The notes under the pieces are model-generated. The model worked only from the letters and a program-made list of their open reading frames with translations, was not told where the DNA came from and did not search any database. From NCBI GenBank assembly GCA_046540335.1, contig JBKHFH010000003.1, positions 6,954 to 70,953 of the forward strand: a DNA stretch of 64,000 nucleotides, given 5' to 3'. Below, in pieces: positions 28,937 through 39,443 of this stretch. A program made the position numbers and the translations under genes. This DNA is from Thermoplasmata archaeon (GTDB lineage: Archaea > Thermoplasmatota > Thermoplasmata > Halarchaeoplasmatales > Halarchaeoplasmataceae). Positions within the stretch are counted from its first letter, which is position 1, and the number at the start of each line of letters is the position of its first letter.

Positions 28937-29360
28937 ACTTTCTCGCTCTCTCTTTTAGAATAGTATTTTATACCCGATTCTTCAAATTCGAGATATTCAA
29001 AGAAATCCATAGCCTCCGGATTATCTGGCTCTATCAAGGTCGCCCAGATCTTAAAGCCTTTTTCTTCGAACTTTCGCTCTAATTCCTCGACTAGGGCTCT
29101 TCCTATATCCCGACCTCTGTAGTCTTCATCTACTGCTAATCGATTGATCCACCCTTTTCTTCCATCGTCGGTCCCGAAGACTATGCCGACCAACTTTTCA
29201 TCTTCGTAGGCGCCTACCCAGTATTCAGGCTGTTCGTCGATCTCTCTCTCTCTATGCTCTCTCTTGTATCTCTTCCTTCCGGTTTGTAAGGAAGGCCACC
29301 TTCATCCCAGAGTTCTAAAATCCTTTCGTACTCTTCTATACTGGGTGTTCTGAGTTTCAT
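28933..29360 (-). pseudogene. GNAT-family N-acetyltransferase interrupted by a frameshift within a (TC)6 dinucleotide repeat
   Basis: N-terminal frame MKLRTPSIEEYERILELWDEGGLPYKPEGRDTRESIERE and C-terminal frame IDEQPEYWVGAYEDEKLVGIVFG...RGRDIGRALVEELE (GNAT motif A) are out of phase. Deleting one TC unit from the (TC)6 tract at 29241-29252 gives a continuous 137-aa GNAT. Confidence 0.6.
29241..29252. repeat. (TC)6 dinucleotide microsatellite inside the GNAT coding sequence
   Basis: tctctctctctc seen directly; it is the site of the frame change. Confidence 0.8.
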
Positions 29361-29414
29361 AGAGCAGTAAATCTAGAGATATTTTATATATCCTTCGTCT
29401 CTGTTTCAACGACC

Positions 29415-30641
29415 ATGACGGGAAAAAAAGTTACGATACCTCTGCTACACGACCATCACGCTCATTTGAGTGGAAAAGCGGCATACATCGACTGTGTGGA
29501 TCTATCAGATGTTGAAGACAAAAAAAGAGCGCTTTCGATGATAAAAGAAGGCTGCCCAGAAGACGAGATGAATGTGGTCAAGGGTTGGAACGATTCGAAA
29601 TTCACTCTAGACCAAAAGAGTATAAAGGAACTACCGCCGGTATTCATCTGGAACGTCTCTGGCCACGGACTCATATTCAACGAAAGAGCCGAGGAAAGAT
29701 TTAAAGAGAAATTTGAAAGATCTGAGATCATCGAGAAGATGAAAGATCCCGAGTGGGTGGAAAAGCACTTGATAGAACTTTCGAAACTCATGATGAAGAT
29801 AGAAGGTATCGATGAAAGAAAGCTGGATAGAACATATGATTTTCTCCTGGAAAGAGGTATTTACGAAGTCGATGACATGCTTCTACCATCGGAAGAAGTA
29901 CTGGATATGATAAAAGGGTCAGCGTATGAAGAAAGGTGGAAAATCTACGCCGATATCGATACCTATAGGGGTTTAAGCGATAAAGGAAAAAGGCAGGTGG
30001 AAGGGATCAAGCTCTTCGCCGACGGAGCATTGGGTACAAGAACCGCAGCGATCAGCGTGGAATATCTTGACGGGAGTGACGGTGTTCTTACACTGAAAAA
30101 AGACGAGCTAAAAAGATCCCTGAATGAGATAAAAAAAGACAAATTCTCCATCCACGCGATCGGAGACAGATCAATAGATATGATAGTAGAAGCCGTGAGT
30201 GAGATGGAAAAAGAAGGTTTACAGATACCTGACATAAGGATCGAACACGCACAGTTCATAGGCAAGAAAACCGCTGAACTAGCTAGCTCTCTGGATATGA
30301 CCCTAAGCATGCAGCCGAACTTCAGTATCGACTCAAAGAATTACTCTGACAGATTACCCGAAAATTATCTGAAGAAGAACAACCCGTTCAGGATGCTGAT
30401 CGATGAAGTGGGATTTGTCCCTGGCGAAGACCTTATCTTTGGTTCGGACGGACTGCCTTATGGAGTGAGCGAGGCGGTCAAGAATGCGCTGTACCCTTCT
30501 TATGAGGACCAGCGGTTGACCCTGGATGAACTCCGGAGGGGCTACTGCATCGATTCTGAAGCTCCAGGTAAAATAGAACTGAATATCGATGATAAAAAAG
30601 AAGAAGTCACCTTCGATCTAAAGGGTGTAGAGACAGCGTGA
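29415..30641 (+). CDS. Amidohydrolase-3 family metal-dependent hydrolase
   Basis: N-terminal IPLLHDHHAHL metal-binding HxH and IHAIGDRSID (Amidohydro_3 HAIGD motif). Confidence 0.6.
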   Translation: MTGKKVTIPLLHDHHAHLSGKAAYIDCVDLSDVEDKKRALSMIKEGCPEDEMNVVKGWNDSKFTLDQKSIKELPPVFIWNVSGHGLIFNERAEERFKEKFERSEIIEKMKDPEWVEKHLIELSKLMMKIEGIDERKLDRTYDFLLERGIYEVDDMLLPSEEVLDMIKGSAYEERWKIYADIDTYRGLSDKGKRQVEGIKLFADGALGTRTAAISVEYLDGSDGVLTLKKDELKRSLNEIKKDKFSIHAIGDRSIDMIVEAVSEMEKEGLQIPDIRIEHAQFIGKKTAELASSLDMTLSMQPNFSIDSKNYSDRLPENYLKKNNPFRMLIDEVGFVPGEDLIFGSDGLPYGVSEAVKNALYPSYEDQRLTLDELRRGYCIDSEAPGKIELNIDDKKEEVTFDLKGVETA

Positions 30642-30649
30642 TCAACAGC

Positions 30650-31273
30650 TCAACCTTTCCGGAGATGCGTAACATCTCCCGAGACGAACTTTTCACCGCT
30701 CTCTAGCACGAGTCTCCCTCTCTCATCTATATCTTCTACCGTGCCTTCAATTTGCCCATTCTGTGTTCTTATCTTGACCCGTTCTCCGATGGTTGAAGAA
30801 TAATTTTTGTAGGTGTTCAACAGATCCTCTATCCCATAAAAATTGGAGATGATATCTTTCATCAGTTTATCTAAAGAGTATTCGTTTCTGTTAATATCAT
30901 AGATGCATATACTATCGGATAAAGGAGCGGATTCAACATTGAGACCTATACCTACGATACCTCTTTCATACGCGATCTCTGTCAATATACCACATATCTT
31001 TCTCTCTTCTACCAAAACATCATTAGGCCATTTGAGTTCTGGCTCCATACACAATTTCTCCAATGTCTTTGCGACTGCGACCGAAGCTTTCAGAGGTAAA
31101 AGATCTTCTTTTTCAGTACATAAAGAAAAATAGAGGTTTCCGGGAGGTGATTCCCATGAACGATCTTTTCTTCCTTTTCCATCGGTCTGTCTTTCCGCTA
31201 GAACTACGAAATCATCGGTTTCTTCATCCAATAACTCCTTGGCTACCTCGTTGGTCGAACCCGCCTTTTCCAA
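30650..31273 (-). CDS. birA: Biotin--protein ligase (BirA catalytic domain, no DNA-binding domain)
   Basis: AERQTDGKGRKDRSWESPPGNLYFSL matches the BirA Q.aGRGR.GR.W.Sp.G.Ly.S biotin-binding loop. Confidence 0.85.
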   Translation of the reverse strand: MEKAGSTNEVAKELLDEETDDFVVLAERQTDGKGRKDRSWESPPGNLYFSLCTEKEDLLPLKASVAVAKTLEKLCMEPELKWPNDVLVEERKICGILTEIAYERGIVGIGLNVESAPLSDSICIYDINRNEYSLDKLMKDIISNFYGIEDLLNTYKNYSSTIGERVKIRTQNGQIEGTVEDIDERGRLVLESGEKFVSGDVTHLRKG

Positions 31274-31297
31274 TCTGTATACCTTTATGAGATCCCC

Positions 31298-31627
31298 TCA
31301 CATGAAGGTCGGAGGTGAACTTACGGTTACATAGGAGGCCTTTTCGCCTCCCACGTTTTCAGCGTGATGAGATACGTCAGATGGATGCCATAGAGTATCA
31401 CCTTCTTTCAACCTATGGACTTGATCACCTACAAAATAATCGATCTCTCCTTTCAAAACGAGATGGATCTCTTCACCTCTGTGACAGTACTCTTCAGATT
31501 CAGCACCGACTTCCAGTTCCGCGATTATTGCCTCCATCTCACTTGATTTCTGCATCAGCCGAAATATTTTTCCATCGACTTCCTCCCTCTCTTTTTCTTC
31601 TCCTTTTCTTACCAATTCACATTCCAT
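31298..31627 (-). CDS. Cupin-domain protein
   Basis: HRGEEIHLVLKGE...GDTLWHPSDVSHHAEN carries the two-motif cupin signature. Confidence 0.7.
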   Translation of the reverse strand: MECELVRKGEEKEREEVDGKIFRLMQKSSEMEAIIAELEVGAESEEYCHRGEEIHLVLKGEIDYFVGDQVHRLKEGDTLWHPSDVSHHAENVGGEKASYVTVSSPPTFM

Positions 31628-31631
31628 AATA

Positions 31632-32732
31632 TCACCCTACTAATCCTATCAAGATTCCAGCTGCGGTAGCGGAGCCGATCACTCCAGCGACGTTAGGTCC
31701 CATAGCGTGCATCAAAAGGTGGCTGCCCGCATTTTCCTCCTGTCCCATCTTTTGAACTACTCTCGAAGCCATGGGAACTGCGGAAACTCCAGCAGCTCCG
31801 ATCATGGGGTTGATCTTTCCTCCCGATATCTTGTAGAACAGCTGGCCGAAGAGTGTCCCACCGGCGGTCGCGGTTGCGAACGCGAAGATTCCCAATAATA
31901 GTATCTTTATGGTGGACAGTCTGATGAAAGTACCGCCAGTCATCAGAAAACCGACTCCTAATCCTAACATTATCGTAGCTATGTCCATGAGGGCATTACC
32001 GCCAGTATCGGACAGTCTGTCCATCACGCCCGAAGTCTGGAACAGATTGCCCAGCATCAGCATACCTATAAGTGGGAGCGCCGAGGGCACTATGAGGCCT
32101 ACAATGATGGTCACACCTACAGGGAAAATTATTTTTTCCAACTGACTGACTTCTCTCATCTTGCCCATCTCTATGCTACGCTGTTCTTCTGTCGTTAATG
32201 CCTTGATTATCGGCGGCTGGATTATAGGTACTAGAGCCATATAGCTGTAAGCTGAAACAGTCACCGCCGCGATTATCTCAGGTCTATCTCCTACGAGTTT
32301 TGTGGCCGCATAGATCGCCGTAGGTCCGTCCGCCCCACCGATGATGCCAATAGAGGATGCTGCGCTTAAATCAAAACCGATAAGAAAGGAAAGACCAAGA
32401 GCTAGAAAGATTCCAACCTGAGCCGCTGCCCCGAGCAAAAAGGTTTTGGGATTCGCCAAAAGAGGCGAAAAGTCGGTCATCGTTCCTATTCCTAAGAATA
32501 TTATCAATGGGATTATACCAGTGCCCACCCAATCATTGTATATAGTGTATAGTAGTCCAGTCTCTCCAGTTATACCGGTGAGCGGTAAATTCGCAAGGAC
32601 AACAGTAAAACCTATCGGCCCCAATAAAAGAGGCTCCATCTCTTTAGCTATACCCAGATAAACCAGCAGAAGACCGATAGCTATCATGAGGGCCTGTTGC
32701 CAGGTCATCGCAAAAAGGCCGACCTCGAACAT
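31632..32732 (-). CDS. oadB: Na+-translocating decarboxylase beta subunit (OadB/GcdB family)
   Basis: N-terminal ...LLLVYLGIAKEMEPLLLGPIGFTVVLANLP and overall polytopic topology are characteristic of the Na+-pumping decarboxylase beta subunit. Confidence 0.85.
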   Translation of the reverse strand: MFEVGLFAMTWQQALMIAIGLLLVYLGIAKEMEPLLLGPIGFTVVLANLPLTGITGETGLLYTIYNDWVGTGIIPLIIFLGIGTMTDFSPLLANPKTFLLGAAAQVGIFLALGLSFLIGFDLSAASSIGIIGGADGPTAIYAATKLVGDRPEIIAAVTVSAYSYMALVPIIQPPIIKALTTEEQRSIEMGKMREVSQLEKIIFPVGVTIIVGLIVPSALPLIGMLMLGNLFQTSGVMDRLSDTGGNALMDIATIMLGLGVGFLMTGGTFIRLSTIKILLLGIFAFATATAGGTLFGQLFYKISGGKINPMIGAAGVSAVPMASRVVQKMGQEENAGSHLLMHAMGPNVAGVIGSATAAGILIGLVG

Positions 32733-32909
32733 CTATTTTTCACCTCCGACCTGAATAGCTGCGACCATCGCCGCTACTTTTTCATCATCATCTTCTTCAA
32801 CAAAATATCTATCGATGAGCCAACCGAAAAAATACGTAACTAACGTTAGTATACTGAGGGTGAGAAAAACAACGCCTAGGCCGATAAGAATAACTTCTAA
32901 AGCGGTCAT
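32733..32909 (-). CDS. oadG: Oxaloacetate decarboxylase gamma subunit (small membrane anchor), not in the ORF track
   Basis: 58-aa ORF MTALEVILIGLGVVFLTLSILTLVTYFFGWLIDRYFVEEDDDEKVAAMVAAIQVGGEK: single TM with GLGVVFL and a C-terminal VAA..AAI motif like OadG; lies exactly between oadA and oadB. Confidence 0.65.
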   Translation of the reverse strand: MTALEVILIGLGVVFLTLSILTLVTYFFGWLIDRYFVEEDDDEKVAAMVAAIQVGGEK

Positions 32910-32911
32910 GA

Positions 32912-34723
32912 TTATCCTACCATGGTTGCTATAATATCATCTTCTTCTACGTCTTGACCTTTCTTCACGTGTATGTCCTTTATTTTACCATCAGTCGGTG
33001 CCGAAACATCGTTCTCCATCTTCATCGCTTCTAGGATCGCTACCGGTTCTCCCTCGCTGACACTGTCTCCAGGGCTGACCTTCAACTCAAGTATAGTCCC
33101 GAGCATCGGTGAATTTATCTCTATCTCTTCGCCACTCACCTCTTCCTGTCCTTCATCAGAAGTTCCGGACGGTTCTGGTTGTTGACCTTCGGGATACAGT
33201 ACGGAAATGTCGTATGTCTTTCCATTGACCCGAACTTTGTTCTTGTTTTTCATCACAACATCGTACTTCTGACCGTTGATCTCCACTTTCCCTTCCCACG
33301 GATAGCTTACCTGTCTGGAAGTTTTCTGTTCTTCTTTTTCCAATTCAGTTTCCAGTGGAAGATCTTCAGAGTAGAATTCTGCTTCGACTTCACCCTTCAG
33401 GAATTTGAGACCTATGTCAGGATAGATGGTGTAGGTCAAAACGTCCTCGGGTTTTTCCAGTAGGCCGTTGTCTTCCAGGAAGTCCTTGTTCTTTTCGAAC
33501 TGGGGCTCTAACAAGCTCGCGGGCCTCTCATCTATCACTTCGTCTTCCCAATCAGGGCCCAATATCTTTTCGTACATCTCTTCCGATATCTCTCCAGGGG
33601 GTCTCCCGTACATACCCCGGAAATACTCTTTGGTATCGTTGGTTATCTTTTCATAGCGGCCGAACTTCACGTTCATAACGGCCTGAACACCGACAACTTG
33701 AGAGGAAGGTGTGACGAGAGGTGGATGCCCGAATTCTTCTCTAACCTTCGGTACTTCTTTCAATACTTCTTCGTATTTATCCGCAGCACCTTGTTTTTCT
33801 AACTGGCTGACCAGATTGGAAAGCATACCGCCAGGGATCTGGTGTACAGTTACTGAGGGGTCTATCCTCAAAGCTTGATCTCGGTGAAGATGTCTATATT
33901 TTTCCCAGACCTCGTTGAAATATTCTCTTATCTCCATTAGGAGATCCATATCATAACCCGTGTCGTGTTCGGTGCCTTGTACCGCGGCCGTTACCGATTC
34001 TGTCGGGGGTTGTCCTGTCGCTCCTGTTAGAGAAGAAAAGGAAGTGTCCACGACATCGACACCAGCTTCGATAGCCTTCATGTAAGCCATACCGGTCATA
34101 CCGGACGTGTTGTGACTATGAAGATCTATAGGTATGTCGATTCCCGCGTCTTTACATCCTTTTATAATATCATAGGCTCGCGGAGGCGATATCATCCCCG
34201 CCATATCTTTGATACATAGAGAATCACACCCTATCTTTTCTAATTCTTTGAACTTTTCCACGTACTGCTCAACAGTATGTATCGGCGATATGGTATAACA
34301 GAGTGAACCTTGAACGTGAGCCCCTTCTTTATTGGCCTGTTCTATAGGGACCTTCATGTTCCTCAGATCGTTCAGCGCGTCGAAGATCCTGAAGCTGTCA
34401 CACCCGTTCTCATGAGCGTAGTGTATGAATTTTTTAACCACATCATCTGGAAAGTTCTTGTAAGCGACTATGTTCATAGCTCTTTCCAACATCTGGGTCC
34501 TGGTATTCGGCAGCGCATCGCTCAGTTTGTTCAACCTCTCCCACGGGTCCTCGTCCAAATATCTGATACAGGCGTCGAAGGTGGCTCCACCCCATATCTC
34601 CATAGAGTCGAAACCCACTTGGTCCATCTTGTCGCATATAGGCAGCATATCTTCCGTTCTCAACCTTGTAGCGAGAACGGACTGATGTGCATCTCGCAGA
34701 GTCTGATCATGAAGTTGTACCAT
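32912..34723 (-). CDS. oadA: Oxaloacetate decarboxylase alpha subunit (5S carboxyltransferase + biotin carboxyl carrier domain)
   Basis: N-terminal MVQLHDQTLRDAHQS (pyruvate carboxyltransferase TIM barrel) and C-terminal biotinyl domain with EAMKMEN biotinylation motif; adjacency to oadG/oadB argues for the membrane decarboxylase rather than PycB. Confidence 0.8.
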   Translation of the reverse strand: MVQLHDQTLRDAHQSVLATRLRTEDMLPICDKMDQVGFDSMEIWGGATFDACIRYLDEDPWERLNKLSDALPNTRTQMLERAMNIVAYKNFPDDVVKKFIHYAHENGCDSFRIFDALNDLRNMKVPIEQANKEGAHVQGSLCYTISPIHTVEQYVEKFKELEKIGCDSLCIKDMAGMISPPRAYDIIKGCKDAGIDIPIDLHSHNTSGMTGMAYMKAIEAGVDVVDTSFSSLTGATGQPPTESVTAAVQGTEHDTGYDMDLLMEIREYFNEVWEKYRHLHRDQALRIDPSVTVHQIPGGMLSNLVSQLEKQGAADKYEEVLKEVPKVREEFGHPPLVTPSSQVVGVQAVMNVKFGRYEKITNDTKEYFRGMYGRPPGEISEEMYEKILGPDWEDEVIDERPASLLEPQFEKNKDFLEDNGLLEKPEDVLTYTIYPDIGLKFLKGEVEAEFYSEDLPLETELEKEEQKTSRQVSYPWEGKVEINGQKYDVVMKNKNKVRVNGKTYDISVLYPEGQQPEPSGTSDEGQEEVSGEEIEINSPMLGTILELKVSPGDSVSEGEPVAILEAMKMENDVSAPTDGKIKDIHVKKGQDVEEDDIIATMVG

Positions 34724-35046
34724 ACTTTATCCTCCATCTAAATCCATAAATCAATTCCGAAACCTCTCTACTCGGACATATTGATTTGAGGAATCAATGT
34801 TATATAAAAAGTTTAGTGTAATTTTAGACGGCCTGAATTTCCTTCAACGCCTACCAAACTGACAGATATGATAATGAAAACACGTCGAAATGCTCTGATA
34901 TAATGTAGTTATTAAAGAACCACAAGAGCATCTGTTATTATTTTATAATAATATAATGATACTATATAATCGATCAGTTTACAAAAACTATAAATATTAC
35001 CTTCACCTATCATTACAACAAGAATATAACAACATAACATTGTATA

Positions 35047-37251
35047 GTGATGGTGAAAAATATGAAAAGTAACGAAAAAGTACTGAAGGTGGCTGAGGCA
35101 AGGTCTAGTGATGTAGGAAGAGGATTAGCAAGGATTGATCCAGAGGTCAAGGAAAAACTTAAGCTTAAAAGTGGAGATATAATTTTGATCCATGGAGAGG
35201 ACTTCACCGCTGCAAAAGTTTGGGCAGGCGACGAGGGCGACAGGAATACAGGCCTGATAAGGATAGACGGCCCTACTCGAAGAAACGCAGGAGTGAAGAT
35301 TGACGAAAAGGTAGGGATAGAAAAAGTAGAAACAGTTCCCGCTAAGAAAGTCACCTTTGCGCCTACTCAACCCGTCAAGTTGATGGGAGGGGAAGAATAT
35401 CTCAGAAAACAGGCTCTAAGAGATAGACCGATTACTAAAGGGGACTCAGTCACACTGAACATCATGGGTAACAAGATCGAGTTGGTTGTCAAGAATTTTA
35501 CCCCTTCAAAGAAAGCCGTCATAATTAAACCAGACACCACTCAAGTGAAAATATCCGATAAGCCGATAAGCAAAGAAGAGATCACTAAAGCTCCCCGTGT
35601 TTCATATGAGGACATCGGTGGCCTCGATCAGGAGGTAGAGAGAGTCAGAGAGATGGTAGAACTACCTTTGAGACATCCTGAACTTTTCGATAAGGTCGGA
35701 GTGGAAGCTCCAAAAGGAGTACTTTTACAAGGACCTCCGGGAACCGGTAAAACACTCATGGCCAAAGCTGTGGCGAGTGAAACCGACGCGAACTTCTTTA
35801 CCATAAGCGGTCCGGAGATAATGTCTAAATATTACGGTGAGAGCGAAGGGAAATTGAGAGAGATATTTGAGGAGGCGGAAGAGAACCAGCCTTCCATAAT
35901 TTTCATAGACGAATTGGACTCTATCGCTCCAAAAAGAGATGAAGTCTCTGGAGAGACCGAGAGAAGGGTGGTCGCTCAGCTTTTGTCCCTCATGGACGGA
36001 CTAAAAGCGAGAGGTAAAGTGATAGTGATCGGAGCCACCAACAGAGCTCATGCATTGGACCCCGCTCTGCGAAGACCAGGCAGATTCGATAGAGAGATCG
36101 AAATAGGTATGCCCGATAGAGGGGGTAGGAAGGAGATACTAGAGATACACACTAGAGGGATGCCTTTAGCGGAAGACATCGATCTAGAGGAATTAGCTGC
36201 TCACACACACGGCTTCGTCGGTGCAGATATAGAGGCTCTAGCGAAAGAATCAGCTATGAATGCCTTAAGAGATGTACTACCAGATATAGATCTTGAAGCG
36301 GAAAAGATACCTTCAGACGTATTGGAAGACCTAGAAGTAACATCTGAACACATCAACCATGCTCTGAGAGAGATGGAGCCATCAGCGATGAGAGAAGTCG
36401 TTATAGAAACACCAGATGTTACATGGGAAGACGTCGGTGGACTTGAAGAGGCAAAGCAGGAATTGAGAGAAACGGTTGAATGGCCTTTGCAATACGAAGA
36501 TCTATTCGACCACATGGACGCAGAAGTTCCAAAAGGTATACTTCTAAGAGGACCACCAGGTACTGGTAAGACCTTGATCGCCAAAGCGGTTGCTAATGAA
36601 AGCGATGCTAATTTCATCTCGGTGAAAGGACCAGAATTTTTCTCCAAGTGGGTCGGTGAAAGCGAAAAAGCAGTTAGGGAAACCTTTAGAAAGGCTAGAC
36701 AGGCAGCACCGACCATCATATTCTTCGATGAGATCGATGCGCTAGCTCCCGAAAGAGGTTCTAGTTCAGATTCAAACGTATCAGAAAGAGTTATATCACA
36801 ATTGCTCACCGAACTAGACGGCTTAGAGGCTCTACACGACGTGGTTGTTATAGGAGCTACCAACAGACCAGAATTGATCGATCCGGCTTTACTTAGACCC
36901 GGCAGATTCGACAGGAGTATACACGTAGGCTTGCCGGACGAGGAAACTAGAAAAGAGATATTCAAGATCCATATCCGAGATAGACCTGTAGATAGCGAGG
37001 TAAACTTCGATGATTTAGCAAAGAAAACTAGAGATATGAGCGGAGCCGATATAGCTTCGATATGCAATGAAGCGGTGATGCTATCTATCCGTGAATTTAT
37101 CCAGAGCGGAAAAGGTGAAGACGAAGATGAAATAGGAAAAGCCAAGGTGAAACAGGAGCATTTCGAACAAGCATATAAGAAAGTCAAAGAAAAAAAGGAA
37201 AGATCGGAGGAGAGAGATCAATTCACGGAAGGGCCCAGAGCATATCACTGA
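35047..37251 (+). CDS. cdc48: CDC48/VCP-like AAA+ ATPase (VAT)
   Basis: N-domain then two AAA modules, each with GPPGTGKT Walker A and DEID/DELD Walker B plus second region of homology. Confidence 0.92.
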   Translation: MMVKNMKSNEKVLKVAEARSSDVGRGLARIDPEVKEKLKLKSGDIILIHGEDFTAAKVWAGDEGDRNTGLIRIDGPTRRNAGVKIDEKVGIEKVETVPAKKVTFAPTQPVKLMGGEEYLRKQALRDRPITKGDSVTLNIMGNKIELVVKNFTPSKKAVIIKPDTTQVKISDKPISKEEITKAPRVSYEDIGGLDQEVERVREMVELPLRHPELFDKVGVEAPKGVLLQGPPGTGKTLMAKAVASETDANFFTISGPEIMSKYYGESEGKLREIFEEAEENQPSIIFIDELDSIAPKRDEVSGETERRVVAQLLSLMDGLKARGKVIVIGATNRAHALDPALRRPGRFDREIEIGMPDRGGRKEILEIHTRGMPLAEDIDLEELAAHTHGFVGADIEALAKESAMNALRDVLPDIDLEAEKIPSDVLEDLEVTSEHINHALREMEPSAMREVVIETPDVTWEDVGGLEEAKQELRETVEWPLQYEDLFDHMDAEVPKGILLRGPPGTGKTLIAKAVANESDANFISVKGPEFFSKWVGESEKAVRETFRKARQAAPTIIFFDEIDALAPERGSSSDSNVSERVISQLLTELDGLEALHDVVVIGATNRPELIDPALLRPGRFDRSIHVGLPDEETRKEIFKIHIRDRPVDSEVNFDDLAKKTRDMSGADIASICNEAVMLSIREFIQSGKGEDEDEIGKAKVKQEHFEQAYKKVKEKKERSEERDQFTEGPRAYH

Positions 37252-37342
37252 TTGAAAAACCTTCCTATTAATTTTTTTATTTTTACTATTATTGAGCATT
37301 AGTTTTATTAGCGATCCTCTCATATACATCTCTGTGAGATGT

Positions 37343-38341
37343 ATGGGGATTTCATATCCTGAAGAGAGAACTGAAATAACTCTAGATTCCAATGAAAACC
37401 TGCTGATGCCAGAACGATACTACGAGGAGATAAAGGATGAGATGGATTTTGAATTTAGAAATTATCCATCCCCCACAGCTAAAGAATTGAAGAGAAATAT
37501 CGCCGACCATTATGGATTGAGCGAAGAACAGGTGACCGTAGGAAACGGATCTGACGCTATCCTGGATACCATCGTCAAGAGTTTCTCAACTGGTGAACAC
37601 GTCTTAGGGTACTTCACCCCTTCATACGAGATGTATCCCTTTTTTTCTTCCCGAAACCAAAGAAAGTCGATCGAGATCCCCTTGAACGGAGATTTCTCCC
37701 TGCCCTCGCTGGATAATTATCTGGAAGAAGTGGACGTCCTTATTATCTGTTCACCGAATAATCCCTCCGGTATCACCGTGGACCGGAAAAAAATAGAATC
37801 TATATTAGATGAAGATGTTCTGGTAGTGGTGGACGAAGCTTATGTGGAATATTCCGATCAAAATCTTCTCCCTTTACTCGATGAACACGATAATCTGTTT
37901 CTTGTAAGGACATTTTCAAAAGCATGGGGTCTGGCCGGTATAAGGGTGGGCTACGCCTTGAGTTCTGCAAGAAGAGGGATCGAACTACTTGAAGACATGC
38001 TGCCGTACAATGTCAACTCTCTTTCTATCGAGGCGGCTTTGTCTGCCATCGATAAAAAAGACATGATGAAAGAGGCTGTAGAAAGGACAATCCAGGAAAG
38101 AAACAGACTTTCCATGGAATTAGAAAACCTCGGCTTCAACCTTCTGCCTTCAGAAACCAATTTCGTATTTTGTAAAAAGCCTGGTTCCATCGAGACCTCA
38201 GATCTATACCGTGAATTACTTGAAAGAGGTATAAGAATAAGGAAATTCGACCACCCATCACTCGCTGACAACGTAAGGATCACTATCGGTGATGAAGAGG
38301 GTAATAACCGTCTTTTAGAGGCACTTGATGAGATCCTTTAA
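37343..38341 (+). CDS. hisC: Histidinol-phosphate aminotransferase-like class II PLP aminotransferase
   Basis: LDSNEN..., NYPSP, and PLP-lysine region FSKAWGLAGIRVGY match the HisC family; internal ATG at 37343 chosen. Confidence 0.75.
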   Translation: MGISYPEERTEITLDSNENLLMPERYYEEIKDEMDFEFRNYPSPTAKELKRNIADHYGLSEEQVTVGNGSDAILDTIVKSFSTGEHVLGYFTPSYEMYPFFSSRNQRKSIEIPLNGDFSLPSLDNYLEEVDVLIICSPNNPSGITVDRKKIESILDEDVLVVVDEAYVEYSDQNLLPLLDEHDNLFLVRTFSKAWGLAGIRVGYALSSARRGIELLEDMLPYNVNSLSIEAALSAIDKKDMMKEAVERTIQERNRLSMELENLGFNLLPSETNFVFCKKPGSIETSDLYRELLERGIRIRKFDHPSLADNVRITIGDEEGNNRLLEALDEIL

Positions 38342-38589
38342 ATTATCTCGAGAATATCTAATATCCTTCTCATGACTATACCCGTGAAGACAACGATACC
38401 AACTTGGATGAACACGTCAAGGCGGTAAGCTATCGATGGTCTTATATATACACTCGAGAGCTCTCTAGCTATCAAGATTCCGATGAGGATCATGATAACG
38501 AAAAGTTCAGTGCTATGAGTTCCGACTAGAAGGAGGACAATGCCGGTCCAGATCGCTATCAAAAGTGTTAATTTTTGAGAAAAAAGCAT
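38338..38589 (-). CDS. Small hydrophobic membrane protein
   Basis: 83 aa, three predicted TM helices; start overlaps the stop of the upstream 263-aa gene. Confidence 0.4.
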   Translation of the reverse strand: MLFSQKLTLLIAIWTGIVLLLVGTHSTELFVIMILIGILIARELSSVYIRPSIAYRLDVFIQVGIVVFTGIVMRRILDILEII

Positions 38590-39380
38590 CAGACCTCCTC
38601 CAATTCAAATTTTATATGTCTTCCTTGCACTTCGAAATCTACGACTTCGAGAGGCTGAGACAAAGACTCGGCAGCAGCAATCAAATAAGCGCTACAGATG
38701 GGACAACCGGTTCTTGTACATATATCAGTAGAAACGTTTCTAAGACTCTCACAATATTCAAGATATCTACCATGAGTGATCCTTACATTTATCTTTGAAT
38801 CTTTCTCTCTAAAGCTGAAAGATCTAGCGAGTCCCATACCTTCACTCAGATGACCCATGCATTCTCTTCCGCTCTCTAAACCTCCTCTCTCTATCCCATA
38901 TTCCAACCGATCTTTTGCTTCTCGCAGCAGCGGCAATCCGGGTGGATTGACCGAGATACCGACTTTTCCACTACCAGATGAAACGATGGTCATCTCATCG
39001 TAAAGATCTGGAAGATCTTTCAGTTCTCCCGCTGGAACATATACTCTTGATTCTGTAAGATTATCATTAGGAGGTACATGAACACCCTTATCCGCCACGT
39101 CTAAATCTGCGAGGATATCATGATAAGTGAGAACCCCACTTTTCAGCCCTGCTAAAGAAACATCCTCCTCTACGGTCGGGTAATTGATTATCAAGATGGT
39201 GAAAATCCCTATGAAGCCCGATGCCAACGCCGCATTGAGATGGTCAGTTTTAAAGAATAGATATATCGATATACATATGAATATGATCCCTGTAATCTTG
39301 GAACTGTACTCTGGTCTCAGGTACCTGGGTTTCTCCATATTCTTAAAGTAAAATAACCTATATATTAAAATTATCGACAA
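38589..39380 (-). CDS. Membrane-anchored hypothetical protein with C-terminal Cys-containing domain
   Basis: Two N-terminal TM helices then a 200-aa soluble domain (..ICTRTGCPICSAY..); no recognisable family. Confidence 0.45.
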   Translation of the reverse strand: MSIILIYRLFYFKNMEKPRYLRPEYSSKITGIIFICISIYLFFKTDHLNAALASGFIGIFTILIINYPTVEEDVSLAGLKSGVLTYHDILADLDVADKGVHVPPNDNLTESRVYVPAGELKDLPDLYDEMTIVSSGSGKVGISVNPPGLPLLREAKDRLEYGIERGGLESGRECMGHLSEGMGLARSFSFREKDSKINVRITHGRYLEYCESLRNVSTDICTRTGCPICSAYLIAAAESLSQPLEVVDFEVQGRHIKFELEEV

Positions 39381-39443
39381 ATGAATTTAGATTAAAAATA
39401 AAACCCTCAAATCGGCTTTGGTCCAAGAAAACATTTATAGATG

